Assembly (NCBI GenBank): GCA_038087875.1
Contig: CM075988.1
Span: forward strand, 15,626,001-15,690,000
Length of the DNA stretch: 64,000 bases
Reading direction: 5' to 3'
Source of the DNA: Malacoraja senta
Lineage: Eukaryota
The notes under the pieces were generated by a model, which was not told the origin of the DNA, made no database searches, and worked only from the letters and a program-made list of their open reading frames with translations. Positions 10,054 to 23,545 of this stretch are shown one piece after another. A program made the translations under genes and the position numbers. Numbering within the stretch: the stretch's first letter is position 1; each line of letters begins with the position of its first letter.

Positions 10054-13000
10054 ATGTTTCCCAAGGCAATCCTCCTGCTTCTTGCCGCAGTCTTGGTCCA
10101 AGGTATCAGCTTCAAATATTCCTCATTCCCTCTTTTCTTGCACTTTGACTGTGATTGGGATTTTGTTATCTTCAAGCATTCTTTCTTGAAGAAGTTCAGA
10201 TCAGAATTCTTTCTTCAAGAATTAAGTTCAGATCAGACGTTTGGAGCCCCATGCATTGTCCTTTCTTCCACACATTAGTTTGCTGGGTGAAGCTTGCTTC
10301 CTCTCCATTCTGATTTTGTGTTAAGCCCAGTTTCCATATATTTAAAGACAAGGGATTTTACCCTTGAATCACGCAGCAGTATTTCCAGTAAAGAACACTG
10401 GTTCTCACCAGGATCTGGTGAAGTCTTGTAGCCCATCTGTCGTGTAATTTTAGTTTAGGTTAGTTTAGTGACGGGAACAGGGCCTTCGGCCCACTGAGTC
10501 CGCGCCGACCAGCGATCCCCGCACACTAACACTATCCTATACAAAGTAGGGACAATTTACAATTATACCAAGCCAGTTAACCTACAAACCTGTATATCTT
10601 TGGCATGTGGGAGAAAACCTGAGCACCTGAAGAAAGCACATGCAGGTCATGGGGAGAACATACAAACTCCATGCAGACAGCACCCGTAGTCAGGATCGAA
10701 TCCGGGCCTCTGGAGTTGTAAGGCAACAGCTCTACCACTACCCCACCGTGCCGCACATATGAGGAGTGGATGCAGGGAAAGTTCCTCTCGTGTTCCCGTT
10801 CTGATTATCTCATTCTTTCTTCCTCACAGACTGTCGGGCTGAGTACAATAGAGATCAGGTTCGTGAAGTCTTCTGGAATTACATCAACCAATTGGCCGAG
10901 GAAGCCAGGGATAGTGTAGAACTGATTCAAAGCTCAGAAGTCAGCCAGCAACTCAAGTGAGTATTGGGGATTTGTTAGGGGCAATTGGAAAAGTTCAACC
11001 TCTTTACCCCAGGAAGAATTAAAGAGCCAGGAAAAAATTGTAAACAGTAACTTTGTAACATTGTGAGAAGTTCTTTCTATTTTCCAGATTATGAACCTCA
11101 CCAACATTATTGTCCATCCCTAATTGTTGATAGGCTAATTTAAGAAGTCAGTGAGATCTCAACTATGGACCAACAAGGACATTAGTGAAGCAGCTGGGTC
11201 TTTATGACAATCCACTCACCAGTAACAACACTTATATTTTTAATACCAAATTTATTTAACCACTAAAATTTAAATGCTTTTCAGTGCGAAATGAATTCAG
11301 AAGCTCAGTCTTCATGGATTTGTTAGACCAGCAGCCTAACAACTGTGCCATATTATTAAGCAATGTTAATGAAGGGGTTTGTTAATGAACAGGAATGTGA
11401 TAAAAGAATAAAAGAAGGGGCGTATCCCATTGGGGATGGTAGAACAGATAAGAAGGGTCTTGTCCCAAAACCTCACCCATTCCTTCAATCCAGAGACGCT
11501 GCCTGTCCCGCTGAGTTACTTCAGCATTTTGTGTCTATCTCAGGTAAACAAAACCTGCTTCTACAAAAGAACTGATCAATCTCTATCTCTGTGGGTGGAA
11601 AGTGCAGGTACAAATAGGGGAATGAAATGAATAGGTTCAGCTGGAAATATTAATACAGATACAGTTGTAGGAATGGCATTTGTGAATGCAGGCACTGGCG
11701 CAGGTTAATTCATTTACTTTGAATTGCTAGTTTAGTTTCTAAACCCTAAGAGTATATAATCTTTGCAGTGTTAATCATCCCCTCAGTAATCTCTCTAAAA
11801 CGTTATTACCTTACTACTTGTAGAGTTTTACCAATCAATGTGAATGCCTTTCCACAATCAGATAACATAAAGCACAGAAGACCATTCAACTCATTGTGCT
11901 TGACTACACTCTTTATTTTCCTCTCAAATTGTACCAATTACGAAAGGACAGAATAAATGAAAGACTTTGGGAGAATCCTAACCTCTCTTCCCAATAAACA
12001 TGCTGAGTTAACCTGAAAAGATTTCCTGATCCAAATGTCCTTTCGTTCCCTGAGCTCTGCTTCCCTCTGTAAAACATCTGTTTCAGTCACAGACTTACGC
12101 TGAGCTCTGTCTTAATGTATCTCTTCTCTGTAACAAGTTTAACAAACAATTGTCTCTCTTTTGCAGTCATCTTATCGAGGAGAATCTGCAGAACGTCAAT
12201 AACTATGCTGAGGATCTCCGACAGAAGTTGACTCCTTTAACAGATGGTCTTCGTGAGAAGACGACAGTAGACATTGACAGCCTTCACCAGCAGATAAAAG
12301 AACAGCTGGAAGACCTGAAAGACAAACTTTCTCCCTTTGCTGATGGAGTCCATCAGAAGATTAGCAATAACATTGAAAAATTTCATCAGAGGTTGGCACC
12401 TTACACTGAAGAACTTAGCCAACAGCTGAAGAAGAATGCGGAGGAACTTAGGCAGAGGTTGACTCCCTTCACTGAAGAGCTTCAGGCCAAACTGGAAGTG
12501 AGCGCAGAGAACCTGAGGGAAGTCCTGACTCCCTACGCTGAAGAGCTCCAGATGAAGATCGATGCAAATATGGACAACATCAAGCAGAATGTGGCTGCCA
12601 AAGCTGAAGAATTTCGCTCCAGGTTTGATGAGAATGTCCAGGAGCTGCGCAGTAGCTTGGCTCCCTACACCGAAGATGTCCAGCTGAAGATGAACCAACA
12701 GATTGCAGAAATGACCCGGAGGGTGGTGCCTTTTGCCGAGACGCTCCAGACAAAGGTCAACGAGCACGTGGAAGATCTGAACCAAAAGCTGAACCCTTAC
12801 ATCGCCGAACTGAAAGTAAAACTTAACGAGACCGTGGGAAGCATGGACCAGAACCTGGCCCCATACATCGAAAATCTCAACACCAACATCAACCAGAGAA
12901 TCGAGGAGATCCATCAGAATGTGGCCCCCTACACTGAGCAGCTGAACAAGATCATCAGTCAGAATGTGAGGGAGATGCAAGAGGGACTTGCCCTGAATGG

Positions 13001-13076
13001 AGGCAACGTTCTGCAGGATCTTCAGAACAAGCTCACAACTGTATTTGACGACTTCTGGCAGAATCTGAAGACCTAA
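10054..13076 (+). CDS. apoa4: Apolipoprotein A-IV-like, copy 2; coding exons 10054-10102, 10830-10956, 12167-13076; 361 aa
   Basis: Same exon structure and splice sites as copy 1, with intact frame. Amino-acid differences from copy 1 include M>T, E>K, Y>F, M>T and F>I. Confidence 0.93.
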
Positions 13077-16000
13077 TTGAGAAGTAGACAGTGACTCACT
13101 CAATCCATGTGTCAGGACAATGGGTCTTCTTGGAGCACAGAAAACAAGATGCATAAATATAACTAGGCTCAATCTATTTATTTTTTTGCTGAGAGGAATA
13201 TATTAAAATCATTGATTACAATTCCAGAGTGTGAAATGTAAAATACCTGCAATAAAACTTTGAATCATCTTTCAGCTAATAATGTTCCATGATTTATTTC
13301 ATATTCAGATTAGCTTATTGTAATACACAATGGGGTGCGACGAAAGTTCTTGTTTACATGAAGCCCACAAAGCAAACAGTATACCTACAGTAAAGATTCA
13401 TACAGCATTAAATACCACAAGTGCAAAACATTAGAAAGGTGAAAGAATGTAGTGCAAAATCAGAATAGCACAAAATAATATTAAAATATAAGAAGGGAAT
13501 GGGGTGTGAAGAGGAGGTTTTTTTCAGGGGGACGTGCAGCAGTGGGAAAGAAGCTGGTGTTAATCTGGGATTTCTGAACTATCCAGTTCCTTTGAAAGGA
13601 ATGTCCAGGGTGACAAGTGTCCTTGATGATACTTGCAGCCTTCCCGATGCAAAGCACAGGGAGATTGACTGGATGGAGGGAAGTTGTGTGACTGTGATGG
13701 ACCAGGCTGTGATGGACCAGGCTGTAACTAGGCTGTGTTCAACCACTCTCTGCGGGGTCAGGTGGGCAAGAACAGAACAGTTGTCATATTCGGCTGAATC
13801 TTAGAAACATAGAAACATAGAAAATAGGTGCAGGAGGAGGCCATTCGGCCCTTCGAGCCAGCACCGCCATTCATTGTGATCATGGCTGATCGTCCCCAAT
13901 CAATAACCCATACCTGCCTTCTCCCCATATCCCTTGATTCCACTAGCTCCTAGAGCTCTATCTAACTCCCGCTTAAATCCACCCAGTGATGGACCGGGCT
14001 GTCAGACTACTTTCTATAGCACATCTGCAGAAGTTAGAGGTAATCTTTGTGGATATTACAAATCCTCTCTGATGCCTAGGAATGTAAATACACTGAAACG
14101 CTTTATTGATTACCTCATCGGTGTGAAGGGACCTGGCTAGGTTGCGTGTGATATGGATACCTAGAAAAATGAAGCTGTTGAATATTTCTGCAGCAACTCA
14201 ATTACAGAGGTCATGGTTATGTTCACCATTCGCTTCCTTGGGTCTACAACCAACTCTTTCATCTTGCTAACGTTAAGGGCCAGGTTATTGTCCTGACATG
14301 ATAACATTAGGTTCTTGATCTTTTTGCTATACTTTGTCTCACTGTTATTGTAAGTCCAGCCAACAACAGTGATATTGGTGTTGTAGGTAGGCACAAAAAG
14401 CTGGAGTTACTCAGTGGGTCAGGCAGCATTGCAGGAGAAATGTGACATTTCGGGTTGGGACCTTTTTTTAGAGGTCTGAAGAAGGGTCCCAACCCTAAAT
14501 GTCACCAATTCCTTTTCTCCTGTGATGCTGCCTGATCCGTTGAGTTACTCCAGTTTTTTGTGTCTATCTTCGGTTTAAACCAGCATCTACAGTTCCTCCC
14601 TACACATATCGTTGTTGCACTTGACTACACAATCATGCGTGTACAAGATACAAGATACAAGATACATTTATTTGTCACATGTGCCAGTTGGCTCAGTGAA
14701 ATGTGTGGTCACCATACAGCCATACAATAAAAATAAAGAACACAACACACAAGGAGTAGAGCATGGCATTTAGCCCACAACCCTGAGGGCTCCAGTGTTG
14801 AGGGCCAGGGTGGAGGATATGTTATGCGATCAATTCTCATTGACTGAGGTCCACTGGTCAAGAAGTCTAGAAGCCAGTTGCAGATGGAGGCCCCAAGGCC
14901 AAGGTCTAGAGGTTTAAGGATGAGCTTATTCCGTCTTTTATGCCTTTTTCATAGCAATAATAATCCAATGCACTATATTAAATGTGACATCTAGTGTAGT
15001 AAAAACCTTGGTTGAATGTGCTCATGTGTAAGTCTACAAATGCTAAATCTCAGAGGATCCCACAGTTACAGAGATGTGCAGATTCTTCCATTCAATGATC
15101 TAGTCCTCAATTGCATCTCTTGGCTTTGGCTCCAGGTACCAGATTTACAGCTTTAGACAATTATTGTGGGCACTGGATTAAAATAGTAATCCAATATTTG
15201 ACGGCTTCAGTGAGAAGGATGTGAAATACCCTATGACGTATCATCTCTTGGATTTAGAATCCAAGTACCAGCTTTATAGCTTTAGACAATTATTTGGGGC
15301 ACTGTATTAAAGTGGACACCTAATATTTGACTGCCTCAGTGAGGATGTCAAATACCCTATGAGATATCAAAAGACTAAGTATCAATGTAGAGGTGTTCAA
15401 ATCTATTTCTGCTAAAAGAATAGTTCTCCTGGAGAGTAAATGTACTTATTCTGCTTGCTGTCCCCTCCTCCCAATACTTTATTATATTGTTAACTGAGAA
15501 AAGCTATCACCATCTGCTTCAAATATGTATTAAACACTTCCTGTGCGTTATCATAGTTTAATATTCTAATATATACAGCCTGCCATTCTCCTCTAGCACC
15601 TTTTGTAGTAACGATTCCCCGCTCACTTACTCTGTACTCAGTGCAATAGTTTTCCGATTTCCCAAACTCATTCAGTCTCACTTGCTGTAGCCTTGCCTTT
15701 ACCCCAAATATGTGTGAGCCACCTGACATTGTACTAGCAGCAAGTGGCACAATTAGCAGAGCTACTGCCTTACCTGTAGCGGCAGGGGCCACATGCGTAT
15801 GTGTAAAGTTTGCACGTTCTCCCTGTAACCGCATGAGTTACCTCCAGGTGCTCCAATTTCCTCCCTATCCCCAAAAGATGCAGGTTGGTAGGTTATTTGT
15901 CTACTGCAAGTTACCTCTTGTGTGTAGGTGAGTGGTAGAAACTGATTAAGGTTGATGAGAAAATGGGTGAATTAAAAACATGAGATTAGGTAGGATTAGC

Positions 16001-18201
16001 GTACATTGATGAGCTTTTTAGTTTACTTTAGAGATACAGCGTGGAAACAGCCCCGACGACCCACTGAGTCCACACCGACCAGCGATCCCCGCACATTAAC
16101 ACTACCCCACACACACTGGGGACAATTTTACATTTATACATTTATACCAAGCCATTTAAACTATAAACCTGTATGTTTTTGGAATGTAGGTGGAAACCAA
16201 AAGGTCTCGGAGAAAACCCACACAGGTCACGGGGAGGTCGTACAAACTCCGTATGGGCAAGCACCCGGCGTCATGATCGAACCCGGGTTTCTGGCATTTT
16301 AAGGCGGTAGCTCTACCGCTACGCCACCGTGCTGCCATCTGCAAGGATTCAGAGGGCTAAAGGGCTAGTTTCTGTGCTATCTGTCTCTGGGACTATGATA
16401 AAGAAGAGGCTTCCAGTGATGATTTACCCTTGCACAGCTATTTCTACATATGCTACAAATGCTATGCCAAAAACACTGTGTCCTTAAGAATAAGGAATTG
16501 GCTTATGTGAACATACTCCTCTGGATAGTTTTGATGGTCTTAGCAAATTTTCGACAGCTCAAATGAGGTAAAATAGAATCCTTCCTCTTAGGAGGGGGAT
16601 TGTTTGGCTCATTATGTGTAGGAAGGAACTGCAGATGCTGGTTTATGCAGAAGATAGACACAAAATGCTGGAGTAACTCAGTGGGTCAGACAGCATCTCT
16701 GGAGAAAACGAATAGTGACCTTTCCGGTCAGAACCCTTCTTCGGACTCATCATGTTTGTTTAAAGGAATTAATTCCTCATTCCATATTCTTTCCCCAGGT
16801 CAATTTGTTTCCTCTCATCCAATTTACGTAGGTAATTTATGTCTACTTCCACCCTCTCTCAGGGTACATTCCAGATCATGGCTACTCATTGTGTAATGAT
16901 CCTCACATCTCCCCTCTGCTTCCTTTGCCGACTACCTCAAATCCTCTGGGTGCTGTGTGGGAAGGAACTGCAGATGCCGGTTTAAACCGAAGATAAACAC
17001 AAAATGCTGGGGTAACTCAACGGGACAGGCAGCATCTCTGGAGAGAAGGAATGGGTGATGTTTCAGGTCGATTTACTCCAGCATTTTGTGTCTGCCATTG
17101 GGTACTGCCTTCTTGCCAATGGAAACGTTTCCATTAAAAACACTTCGTAGTAAGTCCATAGAACAATCAAAATCTTATAGATGTTAAAATTGAAGCTGTA
17201 CAATAACTGTATTGTTTCATATGCCGTTGGTTATCTTTTTGTACATTTGCTTCTAACAAATTTATTTAAAAATAAATAAAAAATAAATAAAAATTATAGA
17301 TGCAATAAATCATGGCCTTTGGACTGAGTTGAGACTTGAATGGATTTTGCCCTCTCGTGATTGAGTTGGAGTCATATTTAAGGCAGCAGTTCAGAGTGAC
17401 AGTGTTGTTGGAAGCTCCACGTTCTCGTGGCATTCAGGGAAAGTCCATGAGTCGAACACAAGTGTGCCAGTTTGTTATCAGCCATTGATAAGGTGCCCTT
17501 ATATAGAGTGAGCGCGAGTTGGCTGACACACAGAGCTTCAGGAGGAGCATATCTGAGACAGGTAAGAGGAGCCCTGAGGCTTACATTGCTCCAACCCAGG
17601 CAGCCTGCTTGCTTATCCTTCCAGCGACTATCTCTGTGGACCGCTGAGTGTTGAGGCAACTGGTCAAGGCAAAGCCGTGGGATTAAGAGTGTGGTTTTCT
17701 ATTTTCAGTAATGTTACAGGCTATAATTGCAGCTTGGCAGGCTGCATTCAGCGAAGATATTTTCCCAGGCTGAAATCTTTAGGATCGGTGGTAGAGTTTC
17801 AGAATGAGGGATGGGCCATTTAGGACTGAGATAAGAAAGGAATTTGTCACTTAAAGGTTGGTAAGTCTTTGGAATTCTTTACCTTGGAGAACTGTGGAAG
17901 CTCAGTCACTGAGTTCATTCAAAATAGGGATGGATAGATTTCTGGATGTTCAAAGTTTCGGGCGATATGAGGATAGTAAAATGATGCCTAGAAGGTGAGC
18001 CTTAATCTTAATGGCAGGGCATGCTCCAAGGGCTGGGCGGTCCACTCCTGCTCTGTTTTCTTGTGTTCTTTTTAATGGAATTCGGAAGGAGACAATTATG
18101 CACACCGTATTTTCAATGAGAATTTAAACCCTGGACTAACTGATCTTTATTTTTATGTAGGTTTTCTGCAAAGGGAGAGCAAACAGTTGGAGAACTCCGC
18201 T

Positions 18202-21200
18202 ATGTTTCCCAAGGCAATCCTCCTGCTTCTTGCCGCAGTCTTGGTCCAAGGTATCAGCTTCAAATATTCCTCATTCCCTCTTTTCTTGCACTTAGACTGT
18301 GATTGGGATTTTGTTATCTTCAAGCATTCTTTCTTGAAGAAGTTCAGATCAGAATTCTTTCTTCAAGAATTAAGTTCAGATCAGACTTTTGGAGCCCCAT
18401 GCATTGTCCTTTCTTCCACACATTAGTGTGCTGGGTGAAGCTTGCTTCCTCTCCATTCTGATTTTGTGTTAAGCCCAGTTTCCATATATTTAAAGACAAG
18501 GGATTTTACCCTTGAATCACGCAGCAGTATTTCCAGTAAAGAACACTGGTTCTCACCAGGGTCTGGTGAAGTCTTGTAGCCCATCTGTCGTGTAATTTTA
18601 GTTTAGGTTAGTTTAATGACGGGAACAGGGCCTTCGGCCCACTGAGTCCGCGCCGACCAGCGATCCCCGCACACTAACACTATCCTATACAAAGTAGGGA
18701 CAATTTACAATTATACCAAGCCAGTTAACCTACAAACCTGTATATCTTTGGCATGTGGGAGAAAACCTGAGCACCTGAAGAAAGCCCATGCAGGTCATGG
18801 GGAGAACATACAAACTCCATGCAGACAGCACCCGTAGTCAGGATCGAATCCGGGCCTCTGGAGTTGTAGGGCAACAGCTCTACCACTACCCCACCATGCC
18901 GCACTTATGAGGAGTGGATGCAGGAAAAGTTCCTCTCGTGTTCCCGTTCTGATTATCTCATTCTTTCTTCCTCACAGACTGTCGGGCTGAGTACAATAGA
19001 GATCAGGTTCGTGAAGTCTTCTGGAATTACATCAACCAATTGGCCGAGGAAGCCAGGGATAGTGTAGAACTGATTCAAAGCTCAGAAGTCAGCCAGCAAC
19101 TCAAGTGAGTATTGGGGATTTGTTAGGGGCAATTGGAAAAGTTCAACCTCTTTACCCCAGGAAGAATTAAAGAGGCAGGAAAAAATTGTAACATTGTGAG
19201 AAGTTCTTTCTATTTTCCAGATTATGAACCTCACCAACATTATTGTCCATCCCTAATTGTTGATAGGCTAATTTAAGAAGTCAGTGAGATCTCAACTATG
19301 GACCAACAAGGACATTAGTGAAGCAGCTGGGTCTTTATGACAATCCACTCACCAGTAACAACACTTATATTTTTAATTCCAAATTTATTTAACCACTAAA
19401 ATTTAAATGCTTTTCAGTGCGAAATGAATTCAGAAGCTCAATCTTCATGGATTTGTTAGACCAGCAGCCTAACAACTGTGCCATATTATTAAGCAATGTT
19501 AATGAAGGGGTTTGTTAATGAACAGGAATGAGATAAAAGAATAAAAGAAGGGGCGTATCCCATTGGGGATGGTAGAACAGATAAGAAGGGTCTTGTCCCA
19601 AAACCTCACCCATTCCTTCTATCCAGAGACGCTGCCTGTCCCGCTGAGTTACTTCAGCATTTTGTGTCTATCTCAGGTAAACAAAACCTGCTTCTACAAA
19701 AGAACTGATCAATCTCTATCTCTGTGGGTGGAAAGTGCAGGTACAAATAGGGGAATGAAATGAATAGGTTCAGCTGGAAATATTAATACAGATACAGTTA
19801 TAGGAATGGCATTTGTGAATGCAGGCACTGGCGCAGGTTAATTCATTTACTTTGAATTGCTAGTTTAGTTTCTAAACCCTAAGAGTATATAACCTTTGCA
19901 GTGTTAATCATCCCCTCAGTAATCACTCTAAAACATTATTACCTTACTACTTGTAGAGTTTTACCAATCAATGTGAATGCCTTTCCACAATCAGATAACA
20001 TAAAGCACAGAAGACCATTCAACTCATTGTGCTTGACTACACTCTTTATTTTCCTCTCAAATTGTACCAATTACGAAAGGACAGAATAAATGAAAGACTT
20101 TGGGAGAATCCTAACCTCTCTTCCCAATAAACACGCTGAGTTAACCTAAAAAGATTTCCTGATCCAAATGTCCTTTCGTTCCCTGAGCTCTGCTGCCCTC
20201 TGTAAAACATCTGTTTCAGTCACAGACTTATGCTGAGCTCTGTCTTAATGCATCTCTTCTCGGTAACAAGTTTAACAAACAATTGTCTCTCTTTTGCAGT
20301 CATCATATCGAGGAGAATCTGCAGAACGTCAATAACTATGCTGAGGATCTCCGACAGAAGTTGACTCCTTTAACAGATGGTCTTCGTGAGAAGATGACAG
20401 TAGACATTGACAGCCTTCACCAGCAGATAAAAGAACAGCTGGAAGACCTGAAAGACAAACTTTCTCCCTTTGCTGATGGAGTCCATCAGAAGATTAGCAA
20501 TAACATTGAAAAATTTCATCAGAGGTTGGCACCTTACGCAGAAGAACTTAGCCAACAGCTGAAGAAGAATGCGGAGGAACTTAGGCAGAGGTTGACTCCC
20601 TTCACTGAAGAGCTTCAGGCCAAACTGGAAGTGAGCGCAGAGAATCTGTGGGAAGTCCTGACTCCCTACGCTGAAGAGCTCCAGATGAAGATCGATGCAA
20701 ATATGGACAACATCAAGCAGAATGTGGCTGCCAAAGCTGAAGAATTTCGCTCCAGGTTTGATGAGAATGTCCAGGAGCTGCGCAGTAGCTTGGCTCCCTA
20801 CACCGAAGATGTCCAGCTGAAGATGAACCAACAGATTGCAGAAATGACCCGGAGGGTGGTGCCTTATGCCGAGATGCTCCAGACAAAGGTCAATGAGCAC
20901 GTGGAAGATCTGAACCAAAAGCTGAACCCTTACATCGCCGAACTGAAAGTAAAACTTAACGAGACCGTGGGAAGCATGGACCAGAACCTGGCCCCGTACA
21001 TCGAAAATCTCAACACCAACATCAACCAGAGAATCGAGGAGTTCCATCAGAATGTGGCCCCCTACACTGAGCAGCTGAACAAGATCATCAGTCAGAATGT
21101 GAGGGAGATGCTAGAGGGACTTGCCCTGAATGGAAGCAACTTTCAGCAGGATCTTCAGAACAAGGTCACAACTGTATGGGACGACTTCTGGCAGAATCTG

Positions 21201-21227
21201 AAGAACGAATTGAGAAGTAGAAAGTGA
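18202..21227 (+). CDS. apoa4: Apolipoprotein A-IV-like, copy 3; coding exons 18202-18250, 18978-19104, 20300-21227; 367 aa with extended C-terminus
   Basis: Same structure as copies 1 and 2. It ends ...NGSNFQQDLQNKVTTVWDDFWQNLKNELRSRK*, with GAA where copies 1 and 2 have TAA. Confidence 0.93.
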
Positions 21228-23052
21228 CTCACTCAATCCATGTGTCAGGACAATGCGTCTTCTTGGAGCACAGAAAACAAGATGCATAAATATAACTAGG
21301 CTCAATCTATTAATTTTTTGCTGAGAGGAATATATTAAAATCATTGATTACAATTCCAGAGTGTGAAATGTAAAATACCTGCAATAAAACTTTGAATCAT
21401 CTTTCAGCTAATAATGTTCCATGATTTATTTCATATTCAGATTAGCTTATTGATATACACAATGGGGTGCGACGAAAGTTCTTGTTTACATGAAGCCCAC
21501 AAAGCAAACAGTATACCTACAGTAAAGATTCATACAGCATTAAATACCACAAGTGCAAAACATTAGAAAGGTGAAAGAATGTAGTGCAAAATCAGAATAG
21601 CACAAAATAATATTAAAATATAAGAAGGGAATGGGGTGTGAAGAGGAGGGTTTTTTTCAGGGGGACGTGCAGCAGTGGGAAAGAAGCTGGTGTTAATCTG
21701 GGATTTCTGAACTATCCAGTTCCTTTGAAAGGAATGTCCAGGGTGACAAGTGTCCTTGATGATACTTGCAGCCTTCCCGATGCAAAGCACAGGGAGATTG
21801 ACTGGATGGAGGGAAGTTGTGTGACTGTGATGGACCAGGCTGTGATGGACCAGGCTGTAACTAGGCTGTGTTCAACCACTCTCTGCGGGGTCAGGTGGGC
21901 AAGAACAGAACAGTTGTCATATTCGGCTGAATCTTAGAAACATAGAAACATAGAAAATAGGTGCAGGAGGAGGCCATTCGGCCCTTCGAGCCAGCACCGC
22001 CATTCATTGTGATCATGGCTGATCGTCCCCAATCAATAACCCGTACCTGCTTTATCCCCATATCCCTTGATTCCTCTAGCTCCTAGAGCTCTATCTAACT
22101 CCCGCTTAAATCCACCCAGTGATGGACCAGGCTGTCAGACTACTTTCTATAGCACATCTGCAGAAGTTAGAGGTAATCTTTGTGGATATTACAAATCCTC
22201 TCTGATTCCTAGGAATGTAAATACACTGAAACGCTTTATTGATTACCTCATCGGTGTGAAGGGACCTGGCTAGGTTGCGTGTGATATGGATACCTAGAAA
22301 AATGAAGTTGTTCAATATTTCTGCAGCAACTCAATTACAGAGGTCATGGTTATGTTCACCATTCACTTCCTTGGGTCTACAACTAACTCTTTCATCTTGC
22401 TAACGTTAAGGGCCAGGTTATTGTCCTGACATGATAACATTAGGTTCTTGATCTTTTTGCTATATTTTGTCTCACTGTTATTGTAAGTCCAGCCAACAAC
22501 AGTGATATTGGTGTTGTAGGTAGGCACAAAAAGCTGGAGTTACTCAGTGGGTCAGGCAGCATTGCAGGAGAAATGTGACGTTTCGGGTTGGGACCTTTTT
22601 TTAGAGGTCTGAAGAAGGGTCCCAACCCTAAATGTCACCAATTCCTTTTCTCCTGTGATGCTGCCTGACCCGTTGTGTTACACCAGTTTTTTGTGTCTAT
22701 CTTCGGTTTAAACCAGCATCTACAGTTCCTCCCTACACATATCGTTGTTGCACTTGACTACACAATCATGGGTGTACAAGGAGTAGAGCATGGCATTTAG
22801 CCCACAACCCTGAGGGCTCCAGTGTTGAGGGCCAGGGTGGAGGAAATGTTATGCGATCAATTCTCATTGACTGAGGTCCACTGGTCAAGAAGTCTAGAAG
22901 CCAGTTGCAGATGGAGGCCCCAAGGCCAAGGTCTAGAGGTTTAAGGATGAGCTTATTCCGTATTGTGATGTTGAATGCTGAGCTGTAGCCAATGAGTATC
23001 ATCCTGACATAGGTGTTCTTCTTGTGTCGGAAGGAACTGTAGATGCTGGTTT

Positions 23053-23545
23053 AATAATAATAATAATAATAGATTTTATTTATATAGCGCTTTTCAGGAC
23101 TCAAAGTCGCTTTACATTGAGAGTCAAGAATAAACAAAACAAAATAGAGCAGTAAGACAGAGATGCAAAGGGGAGGGGAGCATGGAACTAAGGGTATGCA
23201 GAGGTGAAGAGATGGGTCTTGAGGCGGGCCTGGAAGATGGTGAGGGACTCAGAATTTCGGACCAGTTGTGGGAGGGAATTCCAGAGCCTGGGAGCTGCCC
23301 TGGAGAAGGCTCTGCCTCCAAAAGTGCAGAGGTTTGATTTCAGAGTGGAGAGGAGACCAGCTGATGTGGATCTGAGGGACCGTGAGGGTTGGCAGGGGGA
23401 GAGGAGGTCAGTGAGATAAGGGGGGTCCAAGTTGTTGAGGGCTTTGTAGGTGAGGACCAGGATTTTGTAGGTGATCCGGTGGGAAATGGAAGCCAGTGAA
23501 GTTCTTTGAGAACTGGGGTGATGTGGTGCCAGGATTTGGTGTGGG
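23053..23545 (-). mobile_element. L2-clade LINE 3' fragment with (TTA)n tail
   Basis: Translation RITYKILVLTYKALNNLDPPYLTDLL..SRSLRS..GGRAFSRAAPRLWNSLP..FQARLKTHLF is the canonical L2 ORF2 C-terminus. Confidence 0.9.

Larger units (their letters stand above)
1026..22961 (+). repeat. Tandem segmental triplication of ~8.15 kb units (partial unit 1026-6787; units 6788-14934 and 14935-22961), each carrying one apoA-IV-like gene
   Basis: Homologous positions are offset by 8147-8148 bp (e.g. GACTGAG at 1026, 9174, 17322), with only scattered substitutions between copies. The junction ATTCCGT|CTTTTATG occurs in copies 1 and 2, whereas copy 3 continues ATTCCGT|ATTGTG into the Rex1 fragment. Confidence 0.97.
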
